This document shows, in pieces, positions 13,030-25,812 of a DNA stretch of 64,000 bases. Each line of letters starts with the position of its first letter. The stretch's first letter is position 1. The notes under the pieces are model-generated. The model had not been told where the DNA came from. It saw only the letters and a list, made by a program, of their open reading frames with translations, and did no database searches. The stretch spans positions 52,082,001 to 52,146,000 of the forward strand of contig CM052817.1 of assembly GCA_028534125.1 (NCBI GenBank), given 5' to 3'. This stretch comes from Lama glama (Eukaryota). The translations under genes were made by a program, and so were the position numbers.

Positions 13030-14545
13030 TGTGTTGTAAGCAAATTCATCAAATTTCCTTTTGTGATTTCATTCTTTGTGTTTTCTTTAAGAAATCCTGT
13101 CCTATTCCAACATGAAAAATTATTCTTCATTTTTTCCCCCCAGTTTACAATTCTTCATAGTTAGATCTTTAACATGTCTGGAATTTATATTTTAATATGA
13201 AGTAAATTAGGGTTTCAACTATATTTTTATGTATACTATGCCAGTTTTTATAAAATGATTTTAAAAATTCATAATTTCCAACTGATCTGTTAACATTTCT
13301 TTCAAATAACAATTATTGCATATATATAAATATCTTTCTGTTCTATTGATTTAGCCTGTTCCACTTTTACTGTAGCACACCATTTAATTATCATGAATTT
13401 GCAATGTTTTCTTAATATCTCTACAGGAGCATTCCTTAAAATGTGAGTATCATTTCATAAATTTTCCCAGTTATTTGAGAATCTTTATTTTTCTACAGAC
13501 ATTTTGTAATCAGTTGCACAATTTCTAAAATAAAATCTGGCTTCGGTTTTGATTTGAATTTCAGAAGTGATACAGATTAATTTGAGGAATATTGTCATCA
13601 TTAAAATATGTAGTTGTTTCTTTCACAAACATGGCATCCCTATTTATTTGGGACTTACAATACATATATAAACATGTATAAAAACTATCTGTAGTAAGGT
13701 AAATAATTGCCTCCAAGATGTTCACATTCTAACTTCTGGAATCTGTGAATGATGCCTTATATGGATGGTAAAATTACCCTGGATTATCTGGGTAGGCCCT
13801 AAAAGAAACTGGAGATGTTCTTAAGAGAGATTAGCAGAGGAGTATTTCACAGAAGAGAAAGTGGTGTGACTCGAGTCAGAAATTTGGAATGATGCTCCAC
13901 AAGTCAAGGAATGCCAGCAGCCACCTGAAGCTGGAATAGTCAAGGAATGTATTCTCCCTAAAACCTGGGGAGGGAGCACAGTCTTACTGACAGCTTAATT
14001 TCCACTCAGTGAAACTGATTTTGGACTTCTGACCTCTCCAAATGTAAGAGAATAAATGTGTGTTCCTGTAAGTCACCAACTTTTTAGTAATTTGTTACAA
14101 TAGCCAATGTTGTATGAATTTTGAGTAGGTTCATATCTAGGTTCTTTATATATATATATATTTGTAGTGGCAGATGATATAGATTTTCTATTATATTTTT
14201 AATTGGCTTTTTTATAGTGATCAAAGAGGTTCTTGATTCATATATCTTGATCTAGTATCTATCAAAATTATTAATGATCTTATTGATCTTTTAAGAATTT
14301 CTATGTAAATGACCAATTTTATGGGGTCAATGATCATTTCCTTATCTCATTGATTTCTTACCTATCTCTTTTCTTTTTCATTTATTTGCATTGATCAGAA
14401 TTTTTATGTTTAATAATAGTGGTGATTATGATCTTCCTTGCCTTCTCAATATCAAAGAGAATACTTGTAATATATCTCTGTTAAATATGCTATTTGGCCT
14501 GGATTTATTTTATATGGATTTTTTTAGGTTAAGGAACTTGCCTCC
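13030..14545 (-). mobile_element. Old, decayed L1 ORF2 fragment, interrupted by an MLT1 LTR
   Basis: Antisense L1 ORF2 motifs 'ttttgatttgaatt...tacagattaatttgaggaatattgtcatc' and 'aataatagtggtgattatgatcttccttgcctt...aggttaaggaactt'. Confidence 0.7.
13690..14108 (+). mobile_element. MaLR solo LTR (MLT1C/D-like)
   Basis: Starts 'tgtagtaaggtaaataattgcctccaagatgttcacattcta', contains 'ccctggattatctgggtaggcccta' and 'caaggaatgccagcagccacctgaagctgg', ends 'agtaatttgttacaatagc'. Confidence 0.88.
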
Positions 14546-14546
14546 T

Positions 14547-14890
14547 GTGGTGGTTTGTATTCTGACAACTTCATTAGACTGGGGGACTATGTTCCCCAGA
14601 ATGCATTTTTTTCTATATAGCTGAAGGAGTAATTGGCTCAGAAGTTGGAAGTCGTAAGGGAAGGAGCAGCTATTACTCTGTGAAGGTCAGTGCCTTAGAT
14701 GTGTAGGCAGAGAAATACAGAAGTGCTGGCAGTTTCTAGGCTGCCCCTACTTTCTCTGCTTCACATTCAGCTCTCCTTCCTGATTGCTGACCATGTCAGC
14801 CAACTGTTCTCCGAGGCTTACTACCTGATTCTTGGTGGTGAGTCTACATGTCAGCTTCCCATAGGCCAAGTAGTGTACCTTCTGTTCCCT
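14547..14890 (+). mobile_element. ERVL-class LTR (LTR41/LTR52-like)
   Basis: TG start, 'gactatgttccccagaat', 'gagcagctattactctgtgaaggtc' and 'cagctctccttcctgattgctgacc'. Directly upstream of ERVL internal sequence. Subfamily uncertain. Confidence 0.65.
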
Positions 14891-14899
14891 TACATGGGT

Positions 14900-16085
14900 A
14901 CACTTGGTAGAAATTCTGGTTTCATTGTGTTAGCTCAACCGGCTGGAAAAAGTTCTAATTGGTTGATTGTTTGCTGACTGAAACCAGGACATGAAGATGA
15001 CCTACGTTAAATTATACTGACGTGACAGAAATTCTTGGTATCCCATAGAGGAAGATATGCAAAGGCAAAGAGAGATTGAAAGCTGGAGTGGATTTATTAT
15101 GTAAGATTTGCTTATCCTGTTGTTAATTATATTCTGTAGGAAGTTTAATTGAACACTCTGTTAGCAAAAGCTTGAGAAATATATTGGAAATGAAAGAATG
15201 GCATCCTTTAACAGCCCTATAATGACTGTTCTCAGCAGATCAGGAATATCAGTGAGAAATGCTGCTACTGAAGTGGGCAAGGCCCAGGTGGTGGCAGTTA
15301 GTCATTAGAGACAAAGTGCATGTGACTACCATAAGGAGTTCACAAAAATCATTTGCATTTGGTAATCGATCATGATGTCCCTAGATTGCAATAGGTGGGC
15401 AACCTACTAAAATTTCATTGACTTGTACAAGTAGAAAAGCTCAGGACAGTTGAACAGAAGTCTGATTTGAATTACAATAAACAGTCACAATAAACAATCC
15501 TCAGAATTGAGCCAATTCATAGGCCCATTGCCTCCTAAGTTAAGGAGAGGACATGTCCTTCTAAGGATAGATCTTGATACACTGGCAAATTGTAAACCTT
15601 CCTTCTAGGTTTTCCTAAAATGACTTGTGGTCACTTACCAGGATAACTCTGAATTGAGGCAGTAAAAAACAACTTAAGAGGGATTGCTGGACACAGGCTC
15701 TGATGTGACTTTAGTTCTTGGTGACCTAAAATGCCATTGTGATCCACCAGTCAGACTAGATGCTTATGGAATCAGAAGAATTAATGGATTTTTAACTCAG
15801 ATCCATCTTACAGTGGTCTGGAATATTCCTCAGTATACCCAACTAGTGTGATAAAAGTTGCTTGATCATTCAAAAATCTTGAAACAGTCAAGCATGTAAA
15901 TGGCACAGAACCTTCAGGAATGATGATATTGTTTATTACACAAGGCAAGGCAATTGCTGAGAGACAAAGAAATGTGGAATAGATATTAGGAGAAATTATA
16001 AATATAACTTCACCTGTGACCAAGTGAACAGCTGGAGAAATGAGAACTTGGGGATATATCAGCATTTCTTTCCTCCTTCGATGTT
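14900..16085 (+). mobile_element. ERVL internal remnant: gag, protease and integrase C-terminus, with most of pol deleted
   Basis: 15681 onward translates GLLDTGSDVTLVLGDLKCHCDPPVRLDAYG (retroviral aspartic protease DTG motif, ERVL-type). Upstream 'ctggagtggatttattatgt' gives LEWIYY, as in ERVL gag. Confidence 0.85.
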
Positions 16086-16088
16086 AAC

Positions 16089-16575
16089 TGTATTAGCTAT
16101 TGATTGCTGTCTAACAAATTATCCCAAGACTTAGTACCTTAAAACAGTCATAAACATTTATTATCTTACACTTTCTGTGTGCCATAAATTTGGGAGTAGC
16201 ATAGTTGGGTTGTTCTGGCGTGGGGTATAAAGTTGCAGTCAAGATATTAGCTGAGGCTTCAGTCATTTGATGGATTGACTGGAACTGGAAGGTCAGTCTC
16301 CATGATGGCTCATTCAGTTTGCTGTCAAGTTAGTGCTGGCTGTTAGATGAAGCCTCAGTTCCTCACCACTGAACCTTTCTGTGGGCTGCTTGTGTGTCTG
16401 TAAGACATGACTCTAGCTTTCACCAGGATGAGTAATCCAAGAGAACAAGTTATAAGCTTCAATATCTTTTATGATTTAACCTCAGAAGTCATGCACCATT
16501 TCTTCAGTTTCCTGTAGGTCACTAAGGTCACCACTATTCAGTTTGGTAGGGAACTACACAAAGGCATCACTAAGA
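16089..16575 (-). mobile_element. MaLR LTR (MLT1F-J group)
   Basis: 'tgtattagctattgattgctgtctaacaaattatcccaagacttagtaccttaaaaca...catttattatcttacactttctgtg'. Confidence 0.85.
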
Positions 16576-19507
16576 TAATCTCACATATTTCTTATTATGT
16601 TTGTTTTTATGTAGTTTATCAGTTTGTTGCAACTGTGAGTAGGACAATTTTATGAAAATTTTAATAAATTTTTATTGTTGTAAAAGAAAAGTTCTTTTTC
16701 AGTATTCTATCTCATATACATTCATATTTTGGAACTCTCATTATTTCTAATAGTACATTGATGCCATTTCTTTTATTTCCTTTTGACTAATATGTCTAAA
16801 AATAAGCCAATTTATTATCTTCAATGTCCATTGACAAAGACTTCTAAATTTAGTTGTATGCAAGTAACCTGTGGAGATAGAACTAGAAATAAACTATGTG
16901 AATAAACTGCCACAAAAAATTGTCAAACATAAAAGACATAATTAGACAATAATTTACGATTAGTTTCTTCATCTTTTTTTTTCTTTTTTTCAGATCTTAT
17001 TTTAAATGGGGAAGTAGTCAAGTATTTGATTTAGGATCCATGTTTTTAGTGTTTTATCTTTGGAAAGCTGATGTACTGGCCAATAAACCATTATTAATAA
17101 ACTATTTGTTACATACTTTTCCAAATTAGGAATGTAAATAATTTATAGGGTAATCAAATAGTCAGTTGTCTATTACTTTGGTTTCTTCAGTACAAAGTTC
17201 TTATGTCAACCCATTTGGGAAAATAATAAATTCAAAAATTGTAACTTATAAACTACAAAATTTATATAAATAGCCCCCCTAGAGAACTGAGCATTAAGAA
17301 CAGATACTTGTATGTTTCCAAACTTTTGGGTGTAGGCTGAAAAAAAGTCAGTTGAATTAGACCAACATAAGAGGATGACAAATTAATTATTTGATTCCAG
17401 TCAATGTTGGTCCAGCTTCTTAAATGGATTTTTTCATTCAAACCAAGTGACTTTCACTGGTTAAGACAGCTTTTCGTTGGGTTAGCCAGATTTGCCTCCC
17501 TTTTTCTTTCATGACATTCAATTGGCATATTTTAGATAGACATATGGTGCACAGCTGTACAGTTCATTTTCAGAACCTGGCATACCTCATCTTTTTGTTT
17601 CTTTTGACTCACTCTTAGAACTCTTAATGTGAATGCTCAGTTTCTTCCTTAAAAATGATAAAAGGAGAAAAGTGTTTTCTCAAATATTAAATTTGTAGCT
17701 AATAAATAAGTATACAATAAAATTTCCCCCAGAGTTTTCATACCAAACATATTGAACTTTCTCAATCCAAGGAAACCTGAGAAATTGCTTGTACAATGAA
17801 GATGAAAAGTAAGGCACCAAGAACTTGGATTGTCAGGGAGGTTTGGAAAGAAAACAACCAATATAGCTGAGAGAAGTAGGATTCCAAGTTGTGGATGAAT
17901 GACTAGCTTGAGAAATCGATGTAATCTTTCCTCATGCCAAACATGGCCTGTTTCCACGGTGTTAATGTATGTGAAACATTAAGTCATTTCTACTTAGTGG
18001 CTTTCTCTAGGGCAGCATTAGTTCTAGTCTGCTAATTGGAATAGGCCACAGATTTGAGCTCTCAAATATTTTAGAAAAAATAAATTATTCCAGAAAAAAA
18101 TAATTAAATTTAGATTTGTAAACCATAGAAAAGTAGTATATTTTCAGAATCCTGGTGCTCAAAGAATCTTTAAGATTTCTTTTAATACCTGTTATTAAAG
18201 AAAGTAATAATTTGTTTGCAGTACGCACTAGGAGGGGTGTCCTTCGCACTAGCAGGATCTTGCTGGGTAACTTGCAGAGTATGAGATAGATTTCTTGATA
18301 TTGCTTTGCTTACTTGAGTAATTAGACATTGTATTTTCGTGCCTCAAAGTAGGGATGCTTCAGAATACGCAGAAATGCAGAACACACTAAATATTGGCCT
18401 TTGTATTTCAAATGCTTGAAACTCATAGGAGAAAACACACATTAAAATTTTTGAATATCTATAATTACCATATTCAAGGCTTTAAATATATTTCCCTAGA
18501 GGATATAGAGAATACGCAATCAGTGGCTAAATAGTGCTTCATTCGAAGACGAGTAAAAATTTCCTGGACTTGTGGAAGGAGAGGGCAGAAGGAAAGCAAT
18601 AATTGCTTCAACTGTGTTTACTGCTTTAGAATACCAGAGAGATTTCAAGATTTGAGAACAGGGAAAGATTTGTGCAATAGATTTCTATAGTTCCCCTACA
18701 AGAAGTAGAAAGGGAGAGCAGAAGAAATATCTACAGGGGTATAAAGGGAGAGGTCACATTTACCATCACAACCCATGTATAGCCCAACAGTGGGAAACCA
18801 CTTTAGATATATCCTCTAAGCAGACCAGAGGGGAGTGGTCAGTGTTTATGTTTGTGCCTAGGTGAGGCTTAGTAATCCTCAAATAGAGCCAAACCTACTA
18901 AAGAGGAGAAAGAGAATTGCAGTTATGATCCCATACATTGACAGACGAAATACAGATAGGTGAGTGGGCAGGACCAGATAGGATGGTATTCTGCTCAGAG
19001 GATACCAGCATAGACAGATGACCAGATGGCCCCCAAATACAAGAGTACTACATAAGCATCTTGGAATTCACTCCAACTTTAGAGAAAAGAAGAAGAGATT
19101 TGAATTTGTTGAGATTTTCAAAGGGCAGGATTGGATCTCAAAGTTGAACCTATGTTCAGTCACAGAGAAGATAAAATTGTAATTCTTAAATTTTTGGATG
19201 GAATATATGCCTTTTCTGATATAGTTTTGGTGTTTGGTTGAGTGCTTTCTCTACCAATGTATTAATTTGTTCCCGTATTACTTGAGATAATAGATCACTG
19301 AGTCAAATTCTAGGCAACCGTGCTTTTAGATTATTGAATGATTTGGTTATCAAAAGATAGAAAATGGTCAAAATATTTTCAAATGCTGTTAACTAATTTT
19401 TTAGTTACTTTTTTCTTACCCTCTGTACAGATCTAGAAGGATAAGAGGGTGAGGGGCATTTGTTAAAAACTCAGAGTCTTAATAAAAAATCCTACATATA
19501 TTTATCT

Positions 19508-19795
19508 TTTCATTCATTAACTTACTTAGCAAAATTTACAGATTGCTGTTATTTTAGGCAATGAAGTAAGAGTAATGGATAAGGAAGACCTTGTCCTTGC
19601 CATCTCAGAACTTGTACTTTAAGAAGCAAAACCAGAAATCATATTTGTTAATAATTAAATCAAACAATTATAGAGTCTGTTTAGTTATATGAAGACCTGA
19701 GAGAAAGGGATATGAGAACATATGAAATGGATAATTACCTCTTGCCAAATAGGTAAACATTGAGCTGAGACTGAAGGATGAGAAGAAACCTGACG
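19508..19795 (-). mobile_element. L2 3' end
   Basis: 'ttcattcatt' tail, 'ttgtccttgccatctcagaactt' and 'cattgagctgagactgaaggatgag'. Confidence 0.65.
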
Positions 19796-19799
19796 GGAG

Positions 19800-19930
19800 A
19801 AGGTCTGGTGGAGCTCAAAGCTTATACAATTCTGGGAACTCTATTTTTAAACATGAATACTAAATTATAAAAAAATTAAGTTCAGGTGGCCACTGCAAGG
19901 TCTTGAAACATATGTTTCATTAATTTCAAG
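19800..19930. mobile_element. hAT-Tip100 MITE (MER91/Zaphod-derived)
   Basis: 'aagcttatacaattctgggaactct...gaatactaaattata...ggcccactgcaagg...tttcattaatttca'. Related in reverse complement to the end of 32540-33075. Confidence 0.6.
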
Positions 19931-20089
19931 CAATTGAAAATATTGTAGACACGGGTCATATCATGCAGAGTTTTTTGGCTATGTGCCCTAGTGTAGATTT
20001 CTTTTTTCTTTTTTGTAACCCTATACTGTAAAGTCCCTTGAGATCCCTGAAAGGCCAGGTGAAATCAGAAAGTTCTACAATGAAGTTCA

Positions 20090-20210
20090 GAAAAATTAAT
20101 TTTTGTTCTGATTCTGCCTCTAATTGTATAACCTTAGGCAAGGTATTCACCTCTTCCTTTTTGTATTTTTTCTCATGCTAAGTTGAAAACAATTATTTCA
20201 ACCTTAAACA
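20090..20210 (+). mobile_element. MIR fragment
   Basis: 'tgtataaccttaggcaaggtattcacctct'. Confidence 0.55.
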
Positions 20211-20669
20211 TATGATAATTCTATTTTTTCATGGTAGAAATCAGAAAAAAACTGACATTTATTTCTCAGAAAGCAAACCTCCTATCACACAGAACAATAA
20301 ACAACATCAAAAATACAGAAGAGAAACTTGTCACACTCCATGATCTTCATCTGTCTATTTGTTGCCTTTGGAATGTTTAATCTTTATTCTTTTCTGCATT
20401 TATTTTTTCAATAAATGGTAACAATAAATTATGTCAATTTTTACCATACTATAGACAAGAGGTTTATAATTAACTCTTCCAGTTTTACAATTCAGAAAAT
20501 TCAATTACCGTTCAACCTTTCATTGAGAAGATGGACAGTTTCTAAGTTCTATACAAGTTTCTAAGACATGAGGAATGGACCAGTTAAGAGTCTAGTGACA
20601 AAAAGGTGCACAAACATTATCATAACACTGACCACCAGTGATGTTTATTTCTGCCATTTTGAGTCACTT

Positions 20670-21095
20670 TAATTTTTATTTTATTTTTTTCTGATCAAAA
20701 AAGGAATGCCTGTGCCTGATTTTAAAATTCAAATACAATGTACACTTTAGAGAGTAAAAGTTTCCCTAATCTCTCCACAGAGATTATCACTGTTGAAAGT
20801 TTGCTATATGTGCTTTCAAATATATATACTTTTGTGTGTGTGGGCTCAAAAATTGTGTTATACTGTTCTATAGCTTGACTTTTTCTGCTTAAAATTATAC
20901 CTGGGTAACGTATACAATGTTATATGTCTATTATATTTTCACAAGGCTGGGACAAATTATATATGGGATAATGAGAAAACAATACGGTAAAATGGTAACA
21001 TTTGGAGAAGTTTATGAAAGGTATATGGGAATTCTTTTACTAATTTTTATACTTCTCTGTTGCATTTGAAACTATTTAAAAATAAAGAAAAAATA
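20670..21095. mobile_element. Old L1 (L1ME-like) 3' fragments in both orientations
   Basis: Plus strand 'aaaatggtaacatttggagaa...aaggtatatgggaattctttt...tttgaaactatttaaaaataaa'. Minus-strand piece 'ccacagagattatcactgttgaaagtttg'. Confidence 0.55.
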
Positions 21096-21779
21096 TATAT
21101 GGGATCTCTTTCCTCAAATGTAGATTTCTATCAAAAATTCAGTGGGAAATCACTAAAAAGATCAATTGTGTAGCTGGCTAGCAAACAGGATAAAATGTAT
21201 GTAAGAATTTACACTTAGTCTGAGGCCATGGAATACATCATACATTTGAAAGGGGTTAGTATTTACCCAGTACATTTTAAAGATCAATCACTTTGCTAAG
21301 ATTATAGCAACTGATTTGTGAAGACTATAACTTTCTTCTCTTGTTACGTGGGGCAATCAGTTCATCTGTATCCTCAGTAAGAGATGGTGCCATGTGTGGT
21401 CAACTGGAAAGGTAAACCAATGTGATTTTGACATTGATCAACATGTATTTTATGAGATCCCAAAGCGAAGGGAAGCAGCTGTTTCCTGCTGATACATCAT
21501 TGACTTATTGTAGGTCCACAACAATTATTTGATGTGCTCTTAGAGATCACAATGTAGGAATTCTTTCAGTGAATATTTCTTCTTATTTACTACTGTGTCA
21601 GACTAGTATTAAGGAAGAATACAAGTAAACAGACAATACAATAAATAAAGAGCAAAAATAATATTATGATTAAGCACTTAGGAGAGGGATCCAAGCAGAG
21701 TGGGAGATCAGGCAAGACTGACCTGGAGAATACAGTGCCTGTTTCAGTCTGGAGAACAGGTAGTAATTAGAGAAGCAAA

Positions 21780-22150
21780 AAATAAAACAGGATTCATCAT
21801 CAGCGCTGCATGGCCACTTACAGTGGCAGCACTCACCTATTCTATCTCTGGAAATTTCAAATTGAGGCAAGACTTCCATTATGCTGAGGCTAAAAAAACA
21901 ATTTCCATTTAATTTTCATCCATGATTGCATTTCTGCTCTTTGCAGCTGTCCTAAGTGTGTCTACTTCCTCTCACATGACAGGACTTCCAGTTTTCTCTT
22001 TCAAAGGCTTATTGCCCTAGTTCCTTTAACTATTTTTCAATAATGTGGTTTCAGAACATTCACCATCCTAATCACCATCAGCTGGGAACACTAACTTTCT
22101 ACAGTGTTCTTTAAATATGTATAGAATTGAACGTGCCATTCAAGCTGTAT
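21780..22150 (-). mobile_element. CR1/L3 LINE remnant
   Basis: 'tagttcctttaactatttttcaataatgtggtttcagaacattcaccatcctaatcacc' resembles the antisense L3 3' region. Confidence 0.55.
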
Positions 22151-23091
22151 TTAAAGCATCAAGGAGAATTATGGCAGAACTATTTTCTTTTTAGAGTATT
22201 GAAAAGAACCATTCTAGTAGCTTTAAAGTGTTAGTTTTCACATAATCCATAATTTGCAAAATCAGACACATTTGTATTTTATCAAAGGTTTCCATAGTTA
22301 AGCAGTAAGGGAAACAAACTTAGGAGGCAGATTTATTACTCAATAGATTTTATGGTTCCTCTGCAACCATTAGTGTATATTGTGTGAATGTGTGTTTTAG
22401 CAAACTACATGGCTACAGTGAAAAGGACATAGGCATTATCAAGGTCTTTGAAATTTCTTAAAAACCTAATTATGTGTACCTAACAAATTTGGACTGCAGT
22501 GCAGCAAAAAAAATGATCTGGACACACGTATGTCCTTTAAATAAGACCACCATGTCTTAATGTAGTTGGCCTTCAAAACATATTTTATGTCTAAAATAAG
22601 GACTCTTAGAAGGTGGAGAGAAGAGGTATAACAAAATTAACTTTGAGCAGAAAAAAAGGATAAAATTGAATCATTTGTGAGACTTTCAGGCACCTCACTT
22701 ACTAAATCCTGAGATTTTGGCCATGATTGACATTTGAAAATTTGAGGGGGAATAGCATATGTAATATTTAAAAGACTTTTTTTCTATCAAGTTACTGATT
22801 GTTTTTTAATGAAAAGAGTGAGAAAGAAACAAACTTCAATTAAACACATCCGTTTTGTGCCTTTCCCAACAAATTATTTGGCAAAGGAGTTTTTGTTCTG
22901 TTTTGGGGTTTTATTTTGCTTTGATTTACATGTGTACTATGCATAGAAGAGGCTGGAGTGATTATGAAATACAGGGGGAAGTGTGAAAGGCTCCTGAATT
23001 AGTATAAAATTAGAATTCTTTCACATACCTGTTAAGAATGGCTGTCCAAATATTTTTTATGCATACTGAGACTTTTTTGTCTACTGAACAG

Positions 23092-23152
23092 CCCGAAGGG
23101 GTGTCCTTGAAGACGCACATTTGAAGGGTGATGTGAGGAAATCGGTGGTGAG
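23092..23152 (+). other. Candidate 61-nt internal exon of an unidentified transcript
   Basis: Branch-like 'tactgag', acceptor 'ttttttgtctactgaacag|', donor 'GAG|gtaaag', three CpGs, one open frame. No recognised product. Confidence 0.3.
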
Positions 23153-23347
23153 GTAAAGTAGGACTTACTTTACAAACAAACAACTCTACTTATTTTCACC
23201 TGACCTTGCTTTGGTTAGAGACCAGGTCGGTTAGAAGGGCTTTGTAGGTAAGGACATGCATATGCATAGTCTTGTAGCAGACCTCTGCCAATGAGGAAGA
23301 AAGGAAAAGGAATCTTACTTGTTTCCATCCCCACCCCCCACATAAAA

Positions 23348-23380
23348 CAACAACAACAACAACAGCAGCAGCAGCAACAA
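23348..23380. repeat. (CAA)5(CAG)4(CAA)2 trinucleotide microsatellite
   Basis: Visible directly in the sequence. Confidence 0.95.
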
Positions 23381-25524
23381 ATAACTTGAGTTGTCAATTA
23401 ATGTAAGTAGTGTGTTTTGTATTTGGTGATTTATATTACTATTTCAGTTTTGTTTATAAATGAATAGGAATGGGCTATAATTAACTCATTAAAAGACCAT
23501 ATTTGGAACCTGTTAAAATAAATGAATAATATCAGCATATTTTGTCTTTTGCAGATGGATACTTAAAATAATTTTTCTCAAAAAATTTTACAATACCCAC
23601 AGGCATATCACAACTAGATAAATTCCTATTAAATTGTTCTAAAGAAATCCTCATTTATATACATTTAGCATCATTGAGGAGCTTAATTCCAGGCTAGAAA
23701 GGAAAGTTATGTACTTTCTCCAGAGGAACACCCACTTTGGATAGGCAAATTCTCTAGGACTGAAGCACATTGAGATATTCAACTTTACTCTTGTAATAGT
23801 GATTCCTTTTAAACTTTAAAAATTTTTTTCGAAGATTATTTTCCTTTTCCTTTTGTCTGCTCCATATAGCTTCTGGAGGAAAATGTAATTTTTTGTTTTG
23901 AAAAAATGAACACTTTTCTTAGTATGTCTTAAAAATACTCAGCATTTTAAGGAAACATTGTGAGAGACTTTAAAATGGGCAAATGAGATTCCTGGGTACT
24001 GTCTAGCAAACTGTCTAGGATTATCTGATTCTGTAAGTGTGTGCTTGTTTGATTATATTCTACTGGGATATGTTGTAACTCTGTAAGCTGCTGATAGTAA
24101 TGCAAAAGGTTCTTATCTATAAAAATATAAAAGGACCTTGTCTGGGAGAGGTGTAATTTGTTTTAGCCTAGTAATAAGGTTATTTCAAATATTATATTTT
24201 ATTGCCCTATAGACTGTGAATCAATTTTTTATCCATTAGCAAATTCCTATCAACATTATTAATTGCCTCTATACATGTATATTGTAAAGATTCTCCTTTG
24301 AACCTGCTTAAACTTCTTACTGTTTTCCCTACTAATTAATGAACTAGAGAAGCTCCTTATCATGATTTTATTTTTTGGAAAATTTTACTTTTTCTATATG
24401 CAAATAAAAATATTCAAGGATGTAGAATCTCTATTGTACCCTAATAGGGGTGTACATTTTCTACTAAAATTATTGCTAAGTAATGTGTGAGTAAAATTCA
24501 GGTTTCTGGCTCTGAAGGTAAATGTGCATTTTCTATACTATGATGAATACATTACCACTCATCCTTATAAATAGTGTGGGAAATAACTGGAGTCATTGTA
24601 ATCACTATCAATTATATTTCAGAAATAAAGCAATAAAGGTGACTGTATAAACAGAGTATCTTGCATTGCTGTTGTGATTTAATTTTTTTATACAAAGGAT
24701 GAATTGTTTACATGATGATTGGAATTATCTTTGCCATAAAATTGTTGACTAAAGAGCTGAAAAAATACTTGAAAGAAATTATGAACAAGAGGGAAAATGT
24801 CATGGGAATTCAAAGTGAACTTGTAAATGGAGTAATTGTAAATGTTCCTTTTCTGAGTAACAATTCTTTAAATGCTATAAACTATCTTCCATACCATTTG
24901 GGTAAGTATTCTGGGAGCAACAAATCTGTCTAGGCACTTGTCTAGGTATTTTTAAAATTACCACACATTTCTATCTTTATCTGCTAAGGATAAAACTCTA
25001 CCACATGGAAGGACAATTTTTTTTTTCAAAATAATATAGCTCCTTAGGTCAGTCTTTTACATGGAATTTTTCATACCTTAAAACTAAAATTTTCCCCCAC
25101 TGAAGTTAAGGTGTTCTGTTTTATAGTCCTGTATCTCATCCTTCCACAAGCCTTTCCATGAAGACCCTTTCAGGGCCACAGGGTTGGGCCCTTTTCACAG
25201 AGGTTTCTTTGCATTGTCCTACCACATTGGGGTGATGTAAGTCAGAGAGATGTTTTTCTTCCCTCATTAAATTACCATGAAGGCCTGGAAACGTTTCTGT
25301 GTAACTTAAAATTCCTTCTCTGAATTTTTTTTTTTTCATATTAGGTAGATACCCACTGCAGCCCTAAAGATTATTGAATCGGGTAAAGAAATCTCTATTT
25401 CTTTTATTTTCATGACACATTTTAACAAATAAAATGTCATCCCTGTGACATATTCTGAACAGTGAAGGAAAGTAACCAAAGTGAATCTTTCATTTATAAA
25501 TTTTCTTAAGGAAATACCACGCAC

Positions 25525-25812
25525 CGTGTGGTCTACAGACCCAGCATATCAGCGTCCCCAGGGAGCATGTTAGATGTGCAGATTCTTATGCCAATCTTAT
25601 ACCTACTGAGTCAGCATGTATGGAGCTTGGCCGAGGAATCTGGATTTAGCATTATCACATTAAAGTTTGAGAAGCACTGCTTTAAAGCATCTGAGGATCT
25701 TGTTAAAATGCAAATTGTAATTTAGAAGATCTGAGGCTAAGCCAGAGTTTCTGCATTTCCAAGTGGCTCCTGGGAGATTGGTCTGTGGACCACACATTGA
25801 ATAGCAAGGTCC
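25525..25812. mobile_element. Two adjacent MER5-family MITE remnants
   Basis: 'gtgtggtctacagacccagcatatcagc...aaagtttgagaagcactg' followed by 'cttgttaaaatgcaaatt...ggtctgtggaccacacattgaatagcaagg'. Confidence 0.85.

Noticed and set aside
16964..17030. Strong pyrimidine tract plus cag at 16991-16993
   Set aside because: No credible donor follows and the frame closes quickly. Probably just a T-tract.
18224..18252. cgcactag direct repeat enclosing aggggtgtcctt, a 12-mer also at 23097-23108
   Set aside because: Many shared 12-mers are expected by chance in 64 kb and the similarity does not extend.
23215..23397. Poly-Cys ORF or possible poly-Gln exon
   Set aside because: Product of the CAA/CAG microsatellite. 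The Gln frame stops two codons after the repeat and has no splice context.
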